This document shows positions 36,961 through 46,079 of a stretch of 46,079 nt of DNA, in pieces. Numbering within the stretch: the stretch's first letter is position 1; every line of letters begins with the position of its first letter. The stretch lies in assembly GCA_040143965.1 (NCBI GenBank), contig JASJQH010006900.1, positions 1-46,079 of the forward strand. Reading direction: 5' to 3'. This DNA is from Basidiobolus ranarum. Its lineage: Eukaryota. The notes under the pieces are model-generated. The model was not told the origin of the DNA. It did not search any database and worked only from the letters and a program-made list of their open reading frames with translations. The translations under genes and the position numbers were made by a program.

Positions 36961-37614
36961 TCCATATGATCTTCATGAACCTTCCACATATACACATTTA
37001 GAAGCCATCACAACTATCTATTGATTTATTAAACATTTTCATTACTTTTTCATTAAAATCTTGACTGAAGTCAATTTGTGTGGGAGAATTCGAGGATTTT
37101 CCGATTATTTTATGATCATTCTACCATATTTAATCGAATGATCGTATTTTTTAATTACCCCAATTAGATGATCAGATAGATTGTTATGTTTTCTTCAATA
37201 TCAACCAATCAAATTCTACAAAATCCATTATACCAAACTCACCATCACTTCAGAAATTCCAAGTTGTCAGGATCAAGATCAGGATCGGGAATCTTTATTA
37301 TCTGCAATGAAAGGTATAAATCCCTAAGAAATTCAATAACCAATGATGGAATTCACCTTTTTCCGCTCACCAGTCCTTTTTTCTGCTGTACGGAAAAGTT
37401 TATAAAGTAACCACTAGGTTATACTAGTCTATCCCCTGTGGGCCGTATATAAACTTCGGTCACTTCCAAACCCATATTCCCAAAAAAAATATCTTTCTAA
37501 AATATTTCTACTCTATTAAGTCCACGTTTCTTCTTTGACTTATCGTCTTTACTTCACTTGGTGTATTTTTAGTGACTTTACGTTGGGTGTTTTTTTCTCA
37601 CATTTATTGGAAAT

Positions 37615-39080
37615 ATGGGCGAGGTAGGTTATTTCTGCTGATGACTATTGATATGTTCTTGATTTCTGATCGGTTAAGGGGTTATTCTCATTTTATTTTT
37701 CAGTTTGAAGAGCTTATGAGACTTGCTACTCAACATACTCGTGAAGTTGATAAAGAGTTTGAGCGTAAGAAAAAAAAGCAACAACTTGAGAATGAGAAGA
37801 AAAGAAAGGAGCAGGAAAAAAGAAGACAAGAAGGAAAGGCTACCACCGCGGTTCAATTGGCTGAAATGAGAAAAAGAGATTTGGCTTTGGAAAGAGAAAG
37901 AGCTGAACGTAGGAGGGAAAGAGAGAGAGAGATTGAAAGAGAAAAATTAAAGGCTGACCAAAGCAAAACCCGGGAACCGAAATCTTCCTCTTATAGGAGA
38001 GAGAAAGATAAGGAACCCGTTTATTCCAGAGAGCCACCCAAAAGAAAGGTGCGCTTATCCATATTCCCCCTAATTTACTCAATGCAAGTTGCTAATTTGT
38101 TCTCTATCCCTTTCAAATAGCCATTCACATCAATGTCATTCGATGACCTTATCAACCAAGCATCAGATATTCCTACGTCATCACTTAAACTTGTTCCTAC
38201 CAGCAGAGTGAGCCAGAATGCCAATACTCCCCGCAGTTCCACTTCAATGAATGCTAAGCGAGACTTTAGAGATTCTGGACGTAATCCTAAGGGTACATCA
38301 GGAAGAGATTCTTCCACTCGAGACCGTACTAGTATCGACGAAAGAAATTTCAATAGAACAAAAAGTGGGTCTAGGTCCCGTGAAGAGGATAATTACAGAG
38401 ATAAAAGAGATAGGATATCGGAGTCGGACCGTGATCGCACCCGCTCTGTATCATCAAGCAGAAGCGCACTACCAAAATCTACGAGTATGAGGGATGTGAG
38501 AAGGTCTGTTAGTGATCTTGACGTTCCTTCCAGAAAAGCAAAATTATCTCCTGGTACCAAATCCGCTTCAAGGTCTTCGGAAGTCGCCAAAGGACGTAGA
38601 CGTAGTTTAACCCCTCCCCCCAAATCCCGTAAACGAAGTCTATCTCCGTCTCGTAAAGCCAGTGGGCGTAAACCTATTGACGACAGGGAATTCAATGAGG
38701 ATTACGTTAAGAGAGGAAACATTTCCTCTATTATTGGTCAGCTGTTTGGATACGATAGATCAAGGTAATTGAAATTGCTCTCTATAATCCCTTATCAACT
38801 CTAACAATCCAATCCGTTGTTTAGATATGCCAATGAAAGATATTCAGATGATGATATGGAAGCTAGTATCACAGATCTAAGGAAGGAAGAATCGAGAAGG
38901 TATGTTGGTTAATAAGAAATTCATACATCGACCAGTTTGCTCAACATAACAATTTTTAGTGCCAAGATTGCGCGTCTTGAAGACGAACGTGAGGAGGAGC
39001 TAGAGCGACAGGAGCAAGAACGTCTAAAAGCCCGTAAAAAAGCCAGACTTGATATGGAAAGAAAAAAAGGCTCTCGTTAA
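37615..39080 (+). CDS. SPT2: Spt2-like chromatin protein / histone chaperone (5 exons)
   Basis: N-terminal MGE|FEELMRLA, a charged coiled coil and a low-complexity R/S middle. The C-terminal ISSIIGQLFGYDRSRY...DDDMEASITDLRKEESRSAKIARLEDERE matches the SPT2 signature. Confidence 0.8.
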
Positions 39081-39813
39081 TAACGAGAAAACTAAGATCC
39101 AGAACACTCCAAGTATTGTAAATTGAATCCGATTTGTATACATCTTATCACGTAAAAGATGGCCTGTACGCAGTTCCGGTGGGCCTAAGCGAGCCAAATA
39201 CCCGCTCCAGTGTAGTGGGTTATCTTTGATAAGACGAATCTTTCCGGGAATGATTTTCACCTGAACCTTACTTTGGACAAGTTTTCGACTACTATTAACA
39301 TAGGATATTCCGATTATAGGGTATATATGAGTATAAATGAGGAAGCGCTTTAAATGATATTCAAGCAAAAAAAGGAACGACGATGAGAGCGTTGTCATGT
39401 CGTTAAACCAGAATCGTCAAATTAGACAACAAATCTCAGTCACCATTCGCCATTCGAATGTATTTTATATTATTCGAGCAGTTTAATAGATAGTATGAAT
39501 TTTAGAAGAATCAACAGTCAATAAATGTACATAAAGTTGCGCTTCTTTCTCAATAACGATTCGTGTGATGCATTTACATGATGCATTGATTGATGTTCTA
39601 CCTCAATCCATGCGTATAGCATTTACGCTTGTTTCATTTACTCTCGAATCACATCCCATTAAACCAGCAACACATAGACTGTTAGAGTATTTATATTATC
39701 AAATATACATGAATAATTACAGTGATTGGGGAAAGGGTCAAATAGATATGGTTATTGTTACAAATTGAGCGAACTCTATGGTATAGTGTTGAGAAGGTGA
39801 GTTGTAAGTTAAA

Positions 39814-41028
39814 TCATTGGATGTTCAACAATGATTGGAACCAAGGATCCATAAATACTTCTTCAACAGTAGGGCGTCTGCATGGGTTAGGGTTCAACAT
39901 CGAACGAAGTAGTGGCAGTGAATCAGAGGGAATATTCCGGAAAAACCGGTCTTCATGTCGATATTTGAGATAATTGGCGTAACCTTTGTCAGTCATACGG
40001 GCCTGCTCCCAAGGGAATTTTCGAAGAACCATACAAATCAAAACAATAGCAGCGGACCAAACATCTGCCTTCGCCGCATCATAAGCAGAGCCTTCATGTA
40101 CTTCAGGAGCAATATACGGGTCAGTACCAGTTATTGATGTTGCCAGTTTGTGGGTGTTACGGTTCAATGAATCATTGAAAATGAACGCACAACCAAAATC
40201 AATCAACTTCAGTAGGCCATCCTCGCCAAGGCAGAAATTTTCCAGTTTTAAATCACGGTGTGCAACCCCACGTCGGTGCAAGTACCTTAAGGATGTCATC
40301 ATCTGTACGAAATACTGATTGATCTGGGATTGAGATATTTGTACACCTTTAAACAGGCTCACCAGATCCATTGAGCAGAACTCCATGACTTGATGGATTT
40401 GGCCATCTTCCATAGCCACATCAATTGTTCTAATTATGTTTGGATGATCGAGCGAAGCACCGATGTAGATTTCATTACTGATATTCTCGTAATAATGCCG
40501 TCTGCTTTCGGACCCACGAATCGACCGAAACTTCTTGACAGCGTACTTCTTGCCGGTATCGATTGAATATGTAGAGTGAACCTTTCCGCCAGAGCCAGAG
40601 CCTAAAATTTCCGAGAATGAACCATAGAGCTCTTGAAGTGAAGGAGCATTCCGATTTTTAAGAGCGATCAAAAGAGGTAAGTCTTGGTAGACATCCTCTT
40701 TGCGTGACTTGTTTTTCAAGTCACATGAAAATCTCTTGTCCTTTTTTGCCTTGCCTTTGTGGTTTTGAATTGCTGAAAAAACAAATCTACTGGAAATCTG
40801 AGAAAGACTGGTGATATCGACTTCAGAAACATTCGAATCTTTGCCTGATTCGCTCGAGGTAAGTGTTGAGAAGGCGGAAAGTGCATAGCTAATAGAGGCG
40901 TTAAAGTTCAAAGGAGTCTTTAGGGATGAATAAGGGATGTGAGAATCTTTGTTGGGTGATACAAAGTAGGCATTCCCGTCAAATAGGTTTTTATCCTGAA
41001 TGATATCTGAGTTTCCGGAAAGTAACAT
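39814..41028 (-). CDS. Ser/Thr protein kinase, fungal HAL/NPR-like group (paralogue 1)
   Basis: GSGSGGKV, YAVKKF, HRDLKLEN, DFG and GTDPYIAPE. Intronless. Confidence 0.9.
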   Translation of the reverse strand: MLLSGNSDIIQDKNLFDGNAYFVSPNKDSHIPYSSLKTPLNFNASISYALSAFSTLTSSESGKDSNVSEVDITSLSQISSRFVFSAIQNHKGKAKKDKRFSCDLKNKSRKEDVYQDLPLLIALKNRNAPSLQELYGSFSEILGSGSGGKVHSTYSIDTGKKYAVKKFRSIRGSESRRHYYENISNEIYIGASLDHPNIIRTIDVAMEDGQIHQVMEFCSMDLVSLFKGVQISQSQINQYFVQMMTSLRYLHRRGVAHRDLKLENFCLGEDGLLKLIDFGCAFIFNDSLNRNTHKLATSITGTDPYIAPEVHEGSAYDAAKADVWSAAIVLICMVLRKFPWEQARMTDKGYANYLKYRHEDRFFRNIPSDSLPLLRSMLNPNPCRRPTVEEVFMDPWFQSLLNIQ

Positions 41029-41722
41029 TTTCCTTCACGCTTGACGGTTTAATATGAAAGGGATTAGCCGAGGAAAAGTGTTGTTCAATATGCGTGCACT
41101 ATGCGAGATGCTGGTAATGAGAGAAAGGAGAACGAGGGCTTAGGTTGAGAAATCGAAGATATCGTAATGAAGACGGGAGGTAAATGCATATTTATTGAAG
41201 AAAAAAGTGGCAAAATACCTTGTGCCTGCGGAAACTCAATGATTAATAATAATATGGTGTGATCTCCTGTTTATTAGTCAATAAATGTTTAGCTTAACCT
41301 TCCCAAGACTATGACATCAAAGCCCCTGCTTAACATATATTTATATAGTCTCCATAGTCCGATCATTCGTACACGTGTTTTTCCGCTGTTGACAAGGTTT
41401 AGCTTAGCTTCTTACCAAGACTGATTAGTAAGATTGAGTGATGCTGCGGATGAAGCGATTTCATATTGATTAAAGATAAATCTGATAATGATTGAATGTC
41501 TTAAAATAATTCTTAATTCCATTTTTTTTCATGGATAGCGTGAGGACCGCATTAGGGATTACGGAGGATTATTGCCCATAGTGACTCTTCCGACTAAGCT
41601 AAGGAGTTTCGGAGGGGAGTCGGGGAGTTTCTCCGGAAATTCCGTGAAGATCAATTCGACCGATTATATAAAAGAGCATTTAGCACCCAAGATTGAAACA
41701 TTCATTATCTCCTATATTAGCA

Positions 41723-42922
41723 ATGCAATCCCCTAATATTGCACCCAACATGTTCAATAGCGTCAAGTCAAATCCTTACGCTAGCAAAGCTTATATTGCT
41801 ATGCCAAACAAGGGTCTTGATATTCCATATAATAACTACTCCTCACTTAGCCTTCATCATAGCAACGCCAAATTCAGTAGTAGTTCAACTTCATTCTCTA
41901 CTTTCTCTTCCACTGACTCCGACCAATCTCAATATGCTTCTCAAATACCGGAGCGATTTGTATTTTCAGCAGCACAGAAGACGAAGAAGAAGAAGCACCT
42001 AAAACTTTCCAATCTACTAAAAACCAAATCCAAGTCTTCCAAAAAGCCCACCATACCACCACTCCCGCTGCTGGATGCTTTGAGAAAGCGGGACCTTCCT
42101 TCTTTAAAGGAACTATACGGCTCATTCGGCGAGCTTATCGGCCACGGAGCAAGTGGAAATGTAAGGTCTACCTACTCCTTACGCGACGGAAAGAAGTACG
42201 CTATTAAGACCTACAAAGCCAAGCATGAAGGCCAAAAAGATAAACAATACTTTGAACGTATCAGCAACGAGATATATATCGGTGCCTCACTCTCACATCC
42301 TAACATTATCCGCACTGTTGATGTTGTGATGGAAGAGGGACAAATTCATCAAGTGATGGAATTTTGCCCCAGTGATCTAGTTACAGTCATCAAAGATGGT
42401 CAGACAACTCAAGAGCAGATTAACGGATACTTTATTCAAATGCTGGAAGGATTAAGATATCTGCATCATCGAGGAGTAGCTCATCGAGATCTGAAGCTGG
42501 AGAACTTGTGTGTTGATGAGAGTGGAACGTTGAAAATCATCGATTTTGGAAGCAGCTTCATTGTCACAAATCCACTTGATTTATTGCACCGTAAATCAGC
42601 CATGTCTCTAGTCGGCACTGATCCCTATATTGCACCCGAAGTCCATGAGAAGAACGGATATGATGCCACCAAAGCCGATATTTGGTCGGCAGGAATTGTT
42701 TATGCTGCAATGATAATTCGTAAATTCCCATGGAACGTGGCACTCCCCTCAGATAAGAGCTATGTCAGATTCCTTGAGAACCGGGAGAAAGACGAGTTCT
42801 TCCGAGTGCTTCCAGCAGAGTCAGTAAATATCATCAGGAAAATGCTGGATCCCAACCCAGATAGCCGCCCCTCGATTGATGAGATATTCACAGATTCCTG
42901 GATTCAGTCCCTCACTAATTAA
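41723..42922 (+). CDS. Ser/Thr protein kinase, HAL/NPR-like (paralogue 2)
   Basis: GHGASGNV, YAIK, HRDLKLEN, DFG and GTDPYIAPE. The first ATG is at 41723, downstream of TATATAAAA at ~41666; the ORF-track start at 41693 is a TTG. Confidence 0.9.
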   Translation: MQSPNIAPNMFNSVKSNPYASKAYIAMPNKGLDIPYNNYSSLSLHHSNAKFSSSSTSFSTFSSTDSDQSQYASQIPERFVFSAAQKTKKKKHLKLSNLLKTKSKSSKKPTIPPLPLLDALRKRDLPSLKELYGSFGELIGHGASGNVRSTYSLRDGKKYAIKTYKAKHEGQKDKQYFERISNEIYIGASLSHPNIIRTVDVVMEEGQIHQVMEFCPSDLVTVIKDGQTTQEQINGYFIQMLEGLRYLHHRGVAHRDLKLENLCVDESGTLKIIDFGSSFIVTNPLDLLHRKSAMSLVGTDPYIAPEVHEKNGYDATKADIWSAGIVYAAMIIRKFPWNVALPSDKSYVRFLENREKDEFFRVLPAESVNIIRKMLDPNPDSRPSIDEIFTDSWIQSLTN

Positions 42923-43612
42923 TATTTAACCATTACATAGACAAAAAGCACTGTATTTTAGATTCACATTGTATTGTATATATATATAAAGAATTTATAT
43001 TATCAAAACTACCAAGCTTTTTTCAGTTTCTTTCAATGCTATCGAAGTCCGAATTTCCGATAGCAATCTAATAACTAGTGATATATAGTAAATTCCGATG
43101 GTTTTTCCATATTGATCTAAATGGAGTTTTACTATCAAACAATACTCATAATTTAGTTCGAAATTCCGCTCATCTCATGCTATTCGTAATCTTGACAATT
43201 TCAGCATAACTCTATCCACAAATCTAATGACAAATCAGCATTCATCAAGTATATCGCCAAGCCCGCAGCAAGAGATTAAATTATTTGACTCTATTGGCTG
43301 CATGATTGTTGATGGATGCTATATTCCAGAATGAAATGAGCGCTGAGTCCCGGAGAATTGGCCGGAATGCTGTGGACTCATCTAATCGATTGATATCTAA
43401 AATATACAGATTTTGTACTTTGATATTAAATACTAACCTGCAGTAATAATTAGCTTATCCGGAGTAATATCGGCCACGGAGGTGCCAAATTCCGGGAAGC
43501 CAATTTGTCACTGGGGGGATACAATATATAAAGGCCACAGACGTAGTAGACAGTTATTCAAATCAATTTCAGCACACTTTTTAGCATTCACTTTCAAATT
43601 GATATTACAACA

Positions 43613-44818
43613 ATGCAGGTTCCTGAACTTGTCTACACAATTGTGAATCAACCCAACATCAAATCGGCCAGTCCGCATACTTACATTAGTCCACCAAACA
43701 AAGGATTACATATACCATACAATTCTTATGGCCATGTATCCTATTCCATCTCGAACTCTCACAAAACTAGCATTTCCTCTTTCTCTACATACACCTCCAA
43801 CGACTCTCAATGCTCAGGCTTTTCTGACGAACAGATCCCTGAAAGATTTGTATTTTCAGCAGCACAGAAGACGAAGAAAAAGAAGCACTTAAAGCTTCCC
43901 AATCTACTAAAAACCAAATCCAAGTCTTCCAAAAAATCTACAACACCACAGCTCCCATTGTTGGATGCTTTGAGAAAGCGAGACCTTCCTTCTTTAAAGG
44001 AACTATACGGCTCGTTTTCTGAGTATATGGGCAACGGAGCAAGCGGAAATGTAAGATCTACCTACTCCCTACGCGACGGGAAGAAGTACGCCATCAAAAC
44101 CTACAAAGCCAAGCATGAAGGTCAAAAAGATAAACAATACTTTGAACGTATCAGCAACGAGATATATATCGGTGCCTCACTCTCACATCCTAACATTATC
44201 CGCACTGTTGATGTTGTGATGGAAGAGGGACAAATTCATCAAGTGATGGAATTTTGCCCCAGTGATCTAGTTACAGTCATCAAAGATGGTCAGACAACTC
44301 AAGAGCAGATTAACGGATACTTTATTCAAATGCTGGAAGGATTAAGATATCTGCATCATCGAGGAGTAGCTCATCGAGATCTGAAGCTGGAGAACTTGTG
44401 TGTTGATGAGAGTGGAACGTTGAAAATCATCGATTTTGGAAGCAGCTTCATTGTCACAAATCCACTTGATTTATTGCACCGTAAATCAGCCATGTCTCTA
44501 GTCGGCACTGATCCCTATATTGCACCCGAAGTCCATGAGAAGAACGGATATGATGCCACCAAAGCCGATATTTGGTCGGCAGGAATTGTTTATGCAGTAA
44601 TGGTACTTCGTAAATTCCCATGGAACGTGGCACTCCCCTCAGATAAGAGCTATGTCAGATTCCTTGAGAACCGGGAGAAAGACGAGTTCTTCCGAGTGCT
44701 TCCAGCAGAGTCAGTAAATATCATCAGGAAAATGCTGGATCCCAACCCAGATAGCCGCCCCTCGATTGACGAGATATTCACAGATTCCTGGATTCAATCG
44801 CTCACTCTGGCGTGCTAA
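43613..44818 (+). CDS. Ser/Thr protein kinase, HAL/NPR-like (paralogue 3)
   Basis: The kinase domain is nearly identical to paralogue 2, but the N-terminus differs. TATATAAA at ~43525. Confidence 0.9.
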   Translation: MQVPELVYTIVNQPNIKSASPHTYISPPNKGLHIPYNSYGHVSYSISNSHKTSISSFSTYTSNDSQCSGFSDEQIPERFVFSAAQKTKKKKHLKLPNLLKTKSKSSKKSTTPQLPLLDALRKRDLPSLKELYGSFSEYMGNGASGNVRSTYSLRDGKKYAIKTYKAKHEGQKDKQYFERISNEIYIGASLSHPNIIRTVDVVMEEGQIHQVMEFCPSDLVTVIKDGQTTQEQINGYFIQMLEGLRYLHHRGVAHRDLKLENLCVDESGTLKIIDFGSSFIVTNPLDLLHRKSAMSLVGTDPYIAPEVHEKNGYDATKADIWSAGIVYAVMVLRKFPWNVALPSDKSYVRFLENREKDEFFRVLPAESVNIIRKMLDPNPDSRPSIDEIFTDSWIQSLTLAC

Positions 44819-46079
44819 ACCCGCCGAAGGTCTAACGTCAAGTTGTAACATAAAAGTCCACATCAATTAACATCACCTCATCAATGCAGCTGACATTGCA
44901 TACTCATACCACCTAATTGTACATAATTATAAACCAATAAACCATCATGCACTAAAGAATATTCGATAGCCCCATTTTACTCATTGATTCTCACTCAGTC
45001 AGATTTTGCTTTCCACTCCTTATGTAGCCTTCCATATTTGATAGATATATAAACATTATTTTAGTATGCTTGTATCACCTTTAACGCTCATTAATATTAG
45101 CTTTCTACTTGCCGAATCCATGAATCTTACTATATTTGGATATTCGATCATAATTTTAGGATCTATTCACATGATCAATATATCATTGAGGCTCACACCA
45201 ATGGATACATACCGATTATGATGAAAGCAATGGAAAAAGGGGAAAATAGCCTAACCCCAACAATGATATGTATATTACATAATGCACACAATACGCAATG
45301 CCTGCTGTTATCAAGGATTGTTTTTTACATATGTATCGAGAATCCTGATTGCTAGTTGGAATATACTCGCTAGATGAATAACACATGATCTTGTATACCC
45401 ACAATTGCTCAGTCCTATATTGCATGACCATAACTCCCTATTTTAATCAACATGCCAGTGTTGAGCCTCTCAATTCACTGTGCAAGGTTAATTTTCTCAT
45501 AAAATGATTATCTGATGTATTATATCGAGTACCAATCATTGCAGTATTATTGTCGAGAATTAAAATAGTCATCGCTAACTAATTTCATGTTCTTCATGCT
45601 GGCCTCAGGTATTCTACCAAATATATAGACGAATGTCAAAAATATCATTATGCTGTGTATCATATGAATACTGTAGGAATGCCATTATTTTACTTCATTC
45701 CAGCTCGAGGATAATACATCCAATTTATTAATATAGAAAGCATAGGAATTATTTCTGTTAAAGTATATGGGAGCCTGTTGGTAGTGGTTTGGAGAATTAG
45801 AGAAATTGGTGGTTTTCACTTATTGATTTATTGAGTAAAAAGTTGACATTGATATTTTTGTCAAGACGTAAACAAAATAACATATAGAATACGTTAAGAA
45901 AGGTCCCAGGAACATGTGTGCAAAGTTTGGGGTTTCTAGCACAAGTTTGAAAAATCTATATATCTGAAAACTTCTAAGTTGGTAAAAATATTCCAAGTAA
46001 ATTCCGATTGAGAATAATTGATAATATCTTGGTGAATTATAAGATAACTAAGTACTAAGCTATATATGACTATATAGGT

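Noticed and set aside
39170-39260. TPP riboswitch, SECIS or SRP RNA identity for the SPT2 downstream hairpin
   Set aside because: It lacks the CUGAGA motif of TPP, the SECIS core geometry with an in-frame UGA, and SRP helix-8 motifs.

Overview
This is eukaryotic, AT-rich DNA whose genes carry many short (~45-110 nt) introns. The gene content (animal-like ferritin, base-exchange phosphatidylserine synthase, fungal SLA2/SPT2/HAL-type kinases) points to an early-diverging, zygomycete-grade fungus; that assignment is an inference. From left to right the window holds: a secreted Gly/Asn-rich repeat protein, a U6 snRNA gene, a ferritin with a one-base frame break, a group I truncated haemoglobin, an HMG-box gene, NADP-isocitrate dehydrogenase, SLA2, MDM35, a second HMG-box gene, a truncated HMG-like paralogue, an SR protein with two zinc knuckles, phosphatidylserine synthase, RPS15, RPP2, RRP1, a probable unannotated multi-exon orphan gene, a nucleotide-sugar transporter, RPL26, a ChaC gene, SPT2 and three paralogous intronless kinases. 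The most interesting signal is the cluster of MATA-type HMG genes on both sides of SLA2, which looks like a candidate mating-type (sex) locus with ascomycete-like SLA2 linkage. Two of those proteins share an unrecognised N-terminal motif. Other notable items are an apparent GA-AG intron in ChaC, a U6 with an extra 3' hairpin, an RS2Z-like SR protein with a 7-nt microexon, and a long G-U-rich hairpin downstream of SPT2. All gene models were assembled by eye and no database searches were run.
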